A DNA stretch of 64,000 nt, taken from assembly GCA_051294375.1 (NCBI GenBank), contig CM119265.1, positions 24,097,684 to 24,161,683 of the forward strand, read 5' to 3'. Below, piece by piece: positions 1 to 12,478 of the stretch. A program made the translations under genes and the position numbers. The notes beneath the pieces were generated by a model, which saw nothing but the letters and a program-made list of their open reading frames with translations, ran no database searches and was not told where the DNA came from. The DNA comes from Paraspadella gotoi (Eukaryota > Animalia > Chaetognatha). Every line of letters begins with the position of its first letter. Position 1 is the stretch's first letter.

Positions 1-428
1 GGATAGAGATAGATTACGAATTAGGATAGAGATAGATTACAAAGTAGGATAGAGATATAGATAATGACGGCGTTGTAGGGAAAGGCGGAGAAGACTGAGG
101 GATCCGGATTTGTTAAAGGGTAATTGTGTTGGTTCGATGAGGGATTTTTTTTGGAAGTGGAAGGGAATCGGATTTAAGATCTGTGTGGACGAGGGTCCTT
201 GAGAAATGGAGAGAAAGGTGAAGAAAGGAAGAAAATAAAAGGGAGAGGGAAATATAGGAATAGAAGGGGGATGAGGAGGAGGAAGAGGAAGATGAGAGAG
301 GGATGTGGAAGAGGAAGCGTTTAAATGGGGTGTGGACGGGCGGGCGTCATCTCTGGCGGAGGAGAGAGAAAATGCGAAAGGGCGAAGGTTTATGGGAACG
401 ACAGACTGGGTTCGAAATGACGCTTAGC

Positions 429-755
429 GACGACGACGACGACGACGACAACGACGGAGAAGATAACGAGTCTGTCGACGACGACGATAACAATGACGAT
501 ATAGTGGAGAACTAAACTGACATTGACGACGACGATGACGATGTCGACGACGACGACGACAGAGAAGATAACGAGTCTGTCGACGACGACGATAACAATG
601 ATGATATAGTGGAGAATGAAACTGACATTGACGACGACGACGACGATGACGACAACGACGACGATGGAGAAGATAACGAGTCTGTCAACGACAACGATAA
701 CAACGACGATATAGTGGAGAACTAAACTGACATTGACGACGACGACGACGACGAG
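429..755. repeat. Three ~105-bp tandem units built on (GAC)n
   Basis: gagaagataacgagtctgtc...gatatagtggagaa(c/t)(t/g)aaactgacattgacgacgac recurs three times. Confidence 0.85.
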
Positions 756-1826
756 GCGCTTCCGGTAGACGTCGGTATGTCGGTATGTCCGTCTATCGCT
801 CGCTCTGTCATTCCTTCGCTATTTTCAGTCACAAAGGCGTCAGTGATCGATTGGATTACCGAACCTTTTCCTCCTTTTTTCTCGCCAATTTCCCCCATTT
901 TTTTTTCCAAGATTTTCTTTCCATTTTTGGAGGATTTTCTTTTTCATATAACTTATATCAATCATTATCCTCATTATTTCTTTTTATTTATATCATTTTT
1001 TAATCTTTTGTTTTTAAATCTCTTCCTCTGTCTTCTTCCATCTTCTTCGTACTTTCTTTTTTTCTCTTAAATAATCCTTTCCTTTTTTCTTCTCTTTTTC
1101 TCTCTACTATCTTCTTTCCTCTTTTCCTATTTCCTCCCTTCCTCCCTTTTCTTTCCGCCTCTTCCTCCTCTAAATGCTTTTCCCCATTTCTTTATTGACA
1201 TCGGAGTCGAGAGTGAAAAATGTCGAGATTGCGATGGGAAAAACGGTTTGGAAAAAATATCCACAAATTGTGAAACGGTACACAAATCGACTTTTTTGAA
1301 AAATTTTGGATTTATAAAAAAAAACCGTTTCTAAATTAAATAACAATTTTTTAAAAGATCCTTTCCTATTCGAGCGAGTCGAGAAATCAACAATGCGAAA
1401 AATATTAAATTCACGCTAATCGAGAAATCTGAGAAGCGTGAATCTTTTTCACAATCGAGTGAAATCGTTTTTTTTTCCGTTATTTTTTCTCCCAACTTTT
1501 CATTTTCCTAATTTATTTTCCCGGGAATCATTCACATCATTTAATTTCTTTCGCTTTATTTATTTTGATTAATTTAAGCGATCATTTTAACCCCATTTTA
1601 GGTCCTCGTTTCTGTTAATTCACTTCATTTTTTCCAATTTCGATTCACCCTCTTTTCATTTCGTCCCGTTTCATTGCCTCCAAATTCCCTTTGATTCATC
1701 CTAACTTCATTTTCTCTAATTTAAATCCTTTCCAACATTTTTCGTCTCTTCGAGAAATTTCTCTTATGTCGACCGAAACAGATTTTCTTTCTGCCAGAGG
1801 AAAAAAAAATTGGGGGAGGGAAAACG

Positions 1827-1955
<129 letters not shown>

Positions 1956-1964
1956 ATCTACAAG

Positions 1965-4900
1965 AAGGAAGAAGTTGCGGCGGGAAAGAATTGCTCATGA
2001 ATTTTTGATGCTTTGAAAAGTGGGACGGAGGAATATTCCTCGGAGGATGAAGAAGAGGAGGGGGAGGAAGAAGAAAAGAGGAAACAAAGTTGGAGGAGAA
2101 GGGGGTGTTGAAAGAGATGCAGTGGATCGTCAACCATGGCCGCCAATTTCTGGAAGATGATTTGATTGAAGGTTAATGAACTTATGAAAGGCGGAGGGAT
2201 TTGTCTCACCTTCAAGCGAGAAAATAATAAACTGAAATCCCAATTCTTATGAAATTAATTTTAATTTCTAATAATTCTAAGAATCAATTTTAGCTTCATT
2301 GATTTCGTCAAAATTAACCCCTCTTTGAGAGAATACCAAATTATTGTCTCTGACATGGCAGTGAGGGTTTAATGACTTAAAATCATTACTTAAATTAATT
2401 AATTATTACTTAATACTTAAAATTTTCAAATTTACGTATATATACAAAAAAATTTTATTGTGTATTAACTCTCTTATTAAAATTACCCGAAGATGAGTCT
2501 TTAACTTTACCTGTAGTTTAAACTTAACTTTGAAACTTTTGCAGTTTATAAAAAGAGTGAATTGCTTCCCAATTCCCTATTTTTCCCGCCAAATTTTCCT
2601 TTTTTCCTCACCTCATCATTTTCTCCTTTCTCTCACGCCGATTGCCGATCGATCACTTCCACAAAAGAAACTCTTCCTCGCCCTCTCTCACTCACCCTAT
2701 TCTCAAATTCACTTACCCTCCGCTATTTTTCTCAGTTAACGCCAGCGACCGGCGCCATCGAGGATCGTTTCCCGGCGCCCCGCCTTCTTCGCCGTCTCGA
2801 CCGGCGCTATATCCCGGCGCCGGCGACGCCGCCGACGCGGAATCGGCGTCGGCAGAATTGGAGAACATCGTGGAAGACACGAGGATTATCGATGTCCACA
2901 CGACGCCGAGAATTCGACCGCGGATTCCGGGGATGAGGTGAGAATTTATTGTGAGGGTCAGTGTGAGGTGAGGATTTATTGTGAGGGTCAGTGTCAGGTG
3001 AGGATTTATTGTGAGGGTCAGTGTGAAGTGAGGATTTGTTGTGAGGGTCAGTGTGAGGTGCGGAGGGTTTGGGTTGGGTCAGAGTCACAGGTGAATGAGT
3101 GAGGTCATTGGTGGGTGTGGTGAGACAGGGTGAGGGTTGGCGAGGGTCTTGGGTGAGTGAGACTTTATTAGGGCTTGGGGGTCAGAAGCTGAAATACCAC
3201 CAGGTAACGGTGAAACAAGATTACCCGTTTTCACAAATTGAATCTGTGATTTACTTCTTCTTTCCGATCGTTTATATTCCGTACATCCAACAAAGTTTCC
3301 TCCGGTGAATGTCAATCATAGAAAATGACCTACTGAAACTTAAGGGCTCGAACTCGTGACCTTTCTCGTCGAGAGTTTCGTTATTCGACCATTTCGCCAC
3401 CTGAGCGACGGAGAGAATGTATTTGGTGCAAGTACTAAGTAGAACAAGATCGGTCCAATGTGTTACGCCGCAGTATTTTTTTTTCACGGGTATTTCCCTG
3501 TGATGACATTACTACATGACGAGGAAATTTATGTATATGCAAAATTGCAAATTATAAGCATTTTTAGCGTAAGTGCGACAGACCGATGGACAGACGTACC
3601 GAGCGACAGACCGATCGAAAAACTCGATGTACTGTAAAGATGACTAAGAAATCAAAATTGAAACCAATCCAAATATCCATATTTATAAATGCAAGTTTTG
3701 CCGGCTTAAAAATGTATATTGTATAATCGATGTCCTTGGTAAAGCTGCTTGTTGAATTTGTGAAGCTGCTTGTTATTGGGATGAGATTGCTTGTTACGGG
3801 GTGAAACTGGCGATCTATCGTTTTCACAAATGAGTGAGAGACCCTTTGAGGGCGAAGTTGAAAAAAAGGGAGGGGGGGCGGAGGCCAGTGAGGGTAAGTG
3901 ACGCGGAGGAGTCGGTAGTGAAATGGAACGTGAAGTCTCGAGACTGTGAGGCGTGGAGTCTGTGAACCGATAAGCGAAGAAGGCGGAGCGTGAGAGATGG
4001 AGCGGAAGGGTGAGATGGAGTAGAAGGGGAGGTGGGGTGGTGAGTGAGGGAGCTGTAGTGGGTAAGCGCGATTGAATGATGAGATGAAGACGGGATCCGT
4101 GAGTAATTTCGTTTCGTAAAAAATGATGATCACGTGATGCGTGAGGAATGCCATGGCGTGAAAAACTAAAATTAAAATTATTTGCTTTTTTACTTCACAA
4201 AAGACAACGATACCGAGTTTACTCCCTCGTATATATTATAACTTACCTCTCAAAGTTATTTAAAACAAAACAAAAACTAAAACAAAATTAACAAACGAGA
4301 TAAACGTCCTTCGACGCGCGATTTAAGACGCGCCCGAGACGCGCCCATCGTTGCTTAGCAACGCGCCGGGGGCGCGCCCCTTTCTCTCCCGTCGCTAGAC
4401 GCCGAGTGGAATATTTCACGCCGCTCATCTCGCTGCGTCTTCTTCCTCGTACGTTTTTTCTTCTTCTTTTTAATCTTTATTCTTCTTCTTCTCAATTCTC
4501 CTTCTTTCTCCTTCTTACAAAGAGAAACTAATGAAGAATTATTCCATTAAGAAGAAAATGGAAGACGGCGAAAAGATCATCAGAGGGAAGGGAGAAGGAG
4601 GAAGGGATGGGGAAGGGGGGAGAGGATGGGGAAGGGGGGAGGGGGAAGGGGAGGGGAAGGGGATGGGGAAGGGGGGAGGGGAAGGGGAAGTAAAGGAGGA
4701 AAGAGATGAAAGAAAAGGGAGGAAAAAGGGAGAAGAAGATCATAAAAAGGATTGTACATTGTATAAAGGACAAAGAAAGAGACAAAAATTAAATAAACTA
4801 GAACGGTAATTTAAATGTGTTGCACCACAGTGACTTTCTTTTCACGTGTATTTATTTATCAATGTAAAATATTAATATTAAACCTTCATGTCAATAGAAC

Positions 4901-5316
4901 AAAAATTTATCAGAGCTTAATCAGAATACGACAATATGCAAATGAGATTGAGGAACTCAATCTAATTTGAAATAATCCACAAAATAATCTACTACAATTG
5001 CATTGTTTTTTATTCTTTATAGTTTTAGGATTTCCTGAAGGCGGCGCTAGCAGTCACTTAGATTTGAGGTTTTTTCCTGTCTTAACAAATGAGTAATCAA
5101 CTATAGACGAATTATATGCATTTTAACGCAAGTGGGACAGACCGACCGACCGACCGAAAAGTGAATTATAGAGTTGCTCCCGCGAGTACTCGCGAAGTTC
5201 AAATGAAATCGGGAAAAAGGTATAAATTTTTTTTCTATTAAAAAAAAAAGATTTTACTTTTGAAAACGAAGCTTGCGGCAAGTAATTGAGATTAAAGGCA
5301 GGAAGATAGGATGGTG

Positions 5317-5348
<32 letters not shown>

Positions 5349-7660
5349 TCTCTCTCTCTACTCTCTCTCTTCTCTCTGCTCTCATCTCTCTGCCTCTCGA
5401 AGAAAAGGAGGAAAGGAAAGCTAATATGTACGAGGAAGGCAGTGAAATTGCCTTAGATGGGTTGGGATGAGAGATACTCAGTGGGAGAGGTTAACGTAAA
5501 AAGTGGTCGGTATTATGTGAAGACAAATGAGGAAAGACCGACGTCATAAAAAGAATTTTCGAAGATATTAAGAGGTTAGAAGATGAACATTGAAGGGTCA
5601 GTCGGGGTCGTTGTTAGAGGTTGGATTGCGTACGATGGCCGTAGAGACGGCCAACCTTTTTAGGATAGTTGAAATCACAATAGATCGAGGTACAAACTAC
5701 ACTGTTTTTGACTAAATAATGTAAACTTTTAAAGGTTAAAGTCCCTTAAAGAAAGAACGATAATGAGTAAGAATAGATGGGTTAGTTTAAAAGACTCCGA
5801 TGGGACATTAAGACTTTTCGAACCGATTAACGACTCCAAGAGAAATGAGGTTTACTTTTTTCTTCTCAATTGGAAAAATTAAGCTTATGGTTGGAGATTC
5901 TATCTTTTATTAGTCTTATGAGGTGATTTTGACGTCGCCTTCCTGTCTCGTTTGGATTTTTCTTGTATATTTTATTTGCGAATTTAAATTTTAATTGAAA
6001 GGTTGAATCGGAAACGATGTTTTATAGTCTAAACTATACATTATTTAACAAATTTTCGAAAAAGAAAAAAGAAGAGAAAAAATATAATGAAAGTCAAGTG
6101 AAAAAGGAAAAAAAGGGTTTTTTTTTCGAGTTTTTAGTTTTGCCATTTTTCTCGATTTGGCTTCAGACTTTCGGTAAAATTTGCATACAAAGGATTGTCT
6201 GCTCGCCGCCCCTGGGGATCAAGGGAGACGAAAAGGGGGGGGGGAGATGGAAGGGTGCTGAGTGTAACGAAGAGGGAAGCAGGTAAGGGATTGTAAGGTC
6301 GGGTAGGGACGGGTAAGTTGAACGAGCTTTGAGAATGAAACGGTAGGATCGCAGGAAGCTTAAAGAGATTGAAAGAAAATTCTTTGTGAGAAGTAAAAGG
6401 GTTTAAAATGAACATGGTGTGGGTGAAAAATTGTTGTGTGGGCGATCTTAAGTGGTTTTACAAAGAACTAGTAAAGGGTTGTGTAATTATGCATAATCTG
6501 GAGTAATATGATATAACTATAAATGGGGTAATTATGTATAATTGTAAACTGATATCAATATATGAATACAGATGCGTACAAACATATGCATAGATTCATA
6601 ACTTACCAGATAAAATCTGAATGAAAGGAGTTAGGATGAGGGAAGAGAAGAAGGAAGAGGAAAAACATAATGGAAGTAAGACGTGGGAGAGGAAAGGAGG
6701 AAGAAAATGAAAAGAGATCAAAGAGGAAAGGAGGAAGAAAATGAGGAGAGATCAAAGAGGAAAGAGGAAGAAAGAAAGAAAAGAAAAAGAAAAGAGGAAT
6801 GGAGGAAGAAAATGAGGAGAAATCAAAGAGGAAAGAGGAAGAAAGAAAGAAAAGAAGGAGAAAAGAGGAAAGGAGGAAGAAAACGAGGAGAAATCAAAGA
6901 GGAAAGAGGAAGAAAGAAAGAAAAGAAGGAGAAAAGAGGAAAGGAGGAAGAAAATGTGGAGAGATCAAAGAGGAAAAGGAAAGAAAGAAAGAAAAGAAGG
7001 AAAGAAGGAACAAAATGGAATCGAATCGTGGTAAAAGAATAAGTTAAGACTTAATGTAATTGGAAGAGAAAGATGAGTCAAGAAATGTAGAAAAAAAAGA
7101 CAAGAAAGTGTGGGAAATTTGTAAAATATAGTGATTAATAGAAAGTGGGCCGTCGCGGGAGGGAGACATAGAAAATGATATGAAGAGAGGGAGAGCCAAA
7201 AAAAATCCAGAGACAACAAAGGAAAAGAAAAATGCAGAAAAAAAATCCGAAGACAACTAGACTGGAAAAAAAGTAAAAAAAGAAAAGAAAAAAAGAAAAG
7301 AGTTTTATCGTCGAGTTCAGCCCTAAACTGATGCTAATGAGTTTGGGGTCTCTTCCTGTTTAAGAAAGAAAAAAACCGAGTAAAAACATGAAGAGTAAGG
7401 GAGAAGGAAAGGGGAGAGAGAGAGAGAGAGAGAGAAGAGAGAGAGAGGGAGAGAGAGAGAGAGAGAGACGTGAGATGAGAGAGAGAAGAGAGAAGAGAAA
7501 GAAGACTGAGGACAGACGAAGAGAGAGAGGATAGAGAACTGAGACAGAGAAGACTTCAGAAAAGAAAAAAGTGAGAAAAAGAGAGAAAAAATTTAGATTG
7601 AATCCTCGACGCATCAAGATTCAGGCAAAGAATCCTAACCTTTCCATTATTGGATTTTGA

Positions 7661-7740
<80 letters not shown>

Positions 7741-8227
7741 TTTTTTTTATCTTCTTCATGGTTTTATACCTGGTAACAAAGGCGTTTCTTCCCCAGAATT
7801 AAACGTTGATTACTTACCCCTAATACTACCCAACCACCTAGCCTCTCGTGACTTAACCTTCGAAATGACTCGCCCTTAAACTTAATTCCTCCTGATTACA
7901 GTTTTTTTCTCTTTTCTCTTCTTCGCTTTAGTTTTAAACTTGGCCTTGACTGTGTGTGTTGTTGTGTTGTTCGTTTAAAGTGGTTCAGTCTAAAGTTGCG
8001 GCCGTTTAAATTCAACGCAAATGAATTGTATATAAAAAGATAAATATAGATCTGAACGAAAGAAATGATCGAACATTTTAATCTAACATATTAAACGAAC
8101 GCGAGTCGGTCTCCTGTCAGAAAGTACAAAAGAAAAAGAAAAAAAATAGGACACCGAAAACAATAAAAACTTGGCTACATTTTTTTTATTCGTATAGACG
8201 TGAGTTATGTATGTGCGTTGGTTCAGC

Positions 8228-8310
<83 letters not shown>

Positions 8311-9136
8311 CGAGAGAGAGAGAGGGGGGGTAGGGATGCGGTTAGACGTGGGTAGGGATTTCAGAGGCAGGCGGCTGAAATGAGGTTAGTCACGGGCACT
8401 ACCCGGACTAAGGGGGAAGTGGTGAAGACGGGTGAGACGCCCGAGTCTTGACGCAGGAACGCTGCACCCCCCCGGTCCCCCCCTTCTGCCTCAAAACGAT
8501 AGGCTGAGATAGGAAGTCATAATTTTTATGGGATTACATTGAAAAAGCGAAAAAAATATGTATATTAGAGGTCGCGAGGGGAGAGAGAGCCTACGAAAAG
8601 AGAATGGCGGGAAAACGGCGGCATGCGGGGAAGAGCGGTATGAGGCGGAAGAGTAAAGGGGGAATTTGGAAATGACGGGATGCGGGGAAAGATGATATAT
8701 TGTCTTGCAGATTAAGAAAGGTAGCGATGGATGACAGCAGATGCGTGACAGATGAGATCGATCTGTCGGCAGATGATTGTTTATGAGGACAGATGGTTGA
8801 GACGTACTTACAGACGGCGACGCAAACCACGACGCACGAGACGAAAGATGTCGACTTCGCTTTAAAAAAAATAAATAAAAACCAGAAAAAAAAACTTCAT
8901 GTCGTTTTTTTCCCTTCATAAAATTTCGCATGGCGGAGATATGAGGTGATGAGAAGTTGAGGAGTTGAGGAGTTGAGGAGTTGAGGAGTTGAATAGATGA
9001 GCAGCGAATGAATGAAAGATTAGAAGAAAATAGGAGAAAGGAGAGTTGACAGGCGAAGATTTTGATGCGGAAAAATTGATCTGTCGCTCAAAACGAAATG
9101 AGAGAAAGGGATTTTTGAAGGTGAATGTAATTGAAT

Positions 9137-9187
<51 letters not shown>

Positions 9188-9769
9188 AGCCAAAGAGCCT
9201 CTTCCATTTGTTACTCTTGTTTTTTCAGAGGCTTTTCTCTCTAATCTCGCGGATTTCTTGGGATTTTCTTCGAATGACTTTCCTCCCTATTTTGTCTTCA
9301 AAGAAATGTAGCGCTGGATACGGATATTACGAGATATCGGGTTTTACGAGGTTTTTGAGCTTTTAAGAAACTCGTATACTAGTTTCTACGAGTTCAGTGA
9401 AGAGCACATTTGTATAATACAATATACAATATACAAACTAATCACATACGTTTAGAAACTCAACATTTACCTTTCTTTATTATAAATGTAATTTTTTGTT
9501 AATTATTGTTTACTATAAAATGTAATTTCTTTTCTATAGTCGTTTGTTTCTTGTTTTTTTCCTTCCCTTTCCTCCACTTTCCGTTTAACCTTAATCAGCT
9601 AGATATTAATCTCAACTACTTTCATCCCAAAAAACCACCTTCTTAACCACCACCCTCTCTTTTTCCCACCATCCTTGATCTCTCCTTTCTCTCCCGGGTC
9701 TCATTTCCAAGTTGCTCTTCTCCGACAATCAAACTTTTCGAATCAATTCCTCTCTTTTTGGGGGCAGAG

Positions 9770-9806
<37 letters not shown>

Positions 9807-10112
9807 CATTTCTTCTCAGACAACAAAAATTCTGGAATTAATTCTTCTAGTTTCTGTTGGGAGTTGAGAGGCAATGAAGAGAAAAAGGAAACAGTGAGGG
9901 GCATCACAATGGAGGTGGAGTTTAATTAGTCATAATGTTTTAAATAATGTTTTAAATGAGCCAATTCAACAGCCAATTACTAAATCAATAACTTGTGGCA
10001 GTCAGAAAAGAAAAGAAAGAGCCTAAAAAAAACTTTAGCTGCGAGAGGAGCACGAAATTGTGCACGAAACGTGAAGGGGAGAAAGAGAAGAGAGGAAGAT
10101 GACAGAGATGAC

Positions 10113-10150
<38 letters not shown>

Positions 10151-10309
10151 AGAGCGCGGCTTCTTTAAATAACAATTTCTTGGCAGGGCGAAGGCAGAAA
10201 AGGTTTTAAATCAGACTAAATTGAATCAAGAGAGAGAGAGAGAGAGAGTTAAAGAGAGAGTGGAGAGAGGAACGAACGAGAGCGACCAAGGGGAGAGAGA
10301 GAGAGAGAT

Positions 10310-10341
<32 letters not shown>

Positions 10342-11700
10342 TGAGAGGCGTGAGACAGCGGGAGAAAACCCCCCAAAAAAATTAAGAAGAAAAAAGAAGA
10401 GAGAAGGAAAGACGACAGACCTTAGAGAACGGACAGACGGACAAACGGACGAGAGATTCCCACACATGAAGGAACTCTAAGAAGCTAAACTTTTAACAAG
10501 GTTTGATTGATTGATTGCTTTATTTTTCTTTTCTGTTTCTTTGGTTTTGTTTTGTTTTGTTTTTTCTTTACCATAAACCGATTCACTTCGTCCACATCAC
10601 GACACAATAGATGACCTTCCTGCCTTCCTCTTCCTTCCCTTCCTTCCTTCCTTCCTTCCTTCCTTCTCTTTCTCTTTCTTTCTTTCTTTCTTTCTTTTTC
10701 TTTCTTTCTTTCTTTCTTTCTTTTCTTTCCATTCGATTTCCCATCGATTTTGGCTTCACGGATTTTGAATCTTGAATTCGTGAAAAATGTCACAGTGAGA
10801 CAGACGCGTTTTGAAAGTTGATCTCGAGATGCAGACGGAGAAAAAATAATTTCTGCCTCTCTATCATTTTGAGACGAATTCCCGATTGAAATAAAAATAG
10901 ATAAAACAAACATACAAACAACTTAAAATTAAAACAAAACAAACTGCACCTAATTCCTACAAAAAATTTGAGTTCTTTTTTAACTTTTTTTTGACTACCA
11001 TCTTCCATAAAAGACAAATTTTTAGAAAAATTTTGTTTATACAATAAGAGAATTCTCTTTTACAATTTTCCTATAACTTAAATTTATTATGTATATTTAA
11101 TTTGATAGACACAAAACACACTCATTTAAGTAGTGAAAGAACAGTATATAAAGTGATAGACAGACGCGGGTCTATTACCCCCTCCTTCTCATTTCACCTC
11201 CTCTTCATCCTCCTCCCAGGGATTCGGGCCGCCGTTCACGAGATTCAGTTCACCCTTTCTCTCTTTTCTTACCAGTTTCTCCCTTTTTACCCTCATGATG
11301 TCGCCATATAGATTTTCCTGACGTCAATACATATTTTTCCGCTTTCTCGTGCTACTTCCGGTTAGGATTACCTTTTCAGAGAGAAAGATCTCACTTTTTT
11401 CTTCTCACCAACTCCTCACATCTATGGTCGGTCCGTTCCATCTGTGATTTCCTCAACCTGTTTTCTTGTTTCTCCATCAACCTAAAAAGAAAACAATCTT
11501 CCGCCTTAACGCCAATCAGGGGTCCATTTGTAATCCGCTCTCGTCGCTATGAAACATCGTTCGTTACCTTTCGTTTCGCCGTTGACGTCCCATTATCCTC
11601 TCTGCGATTTTCTCTTGGCGACGACGACGACGACGACGACGACAATGACGACGATCCTCCTACGATAACAAGATGCGATATCCATTGAATTTACTCTCCC

Positions 11701-11750
<50 letters not shown>

Positions 11751-11775
11751 CTCTCTCTTTCTCCTCTCTCTCTTC

Positions 11776-11819
<44 letters not shown>

Positions 11820-12445
11820 CTTCCTCGCTCTCTCTTCTCTCTCCTAATAATGATAAAATATTATAAACAAACGAACAAGTGCGCCGTGCCCTTTTGTAAA
11901 TATTTTGTCTTTAAATTTATTCGTCGTCATCGCACGGTCTCGTCGCGCTAAATATAACGCATATCATGAATAAGTGATATTATCTAAACATTAACTAAAC
12001 AAAACAAGATTTCGAGAAAGATTCGTCTTGGCTCCATTAAGCTGCGCTCGAATTTTTAATGGAGTGAACGGGAATAGCTGCTAATTAATTTCTCACCAAG
12101 CTGTATATATATATGTGCACTTTTAAATCTTATAAAAAAGTTATTTATTATAATCAATTAATACATTTTTATTTCAGATTGAAGTCATATCCAAGCAAAA
12201 TGATCGTCAACTTTCTTCTGAATCGAACCAAGATTCGTTTGACCGGTGAGACGAAATTCAGTGCGATTGTGAATTGTGAATGTTTTTTTCTCCCGTGAAG
12301 GAGTAAAGAGAGAGCGTGATACTCCCGGATCGGTTTTGCAAAGTCGTCGAGTTTCGCAGAAAAATCTGCTGAGAAAATAAAATTGACAATAGAGGTGATT
12401 GAGAGGATAGAAGATGCGAGAGAGAGAGAAAGAGAGAGAGAGAGT

Positions 12446-12478
<33 letters not shown>

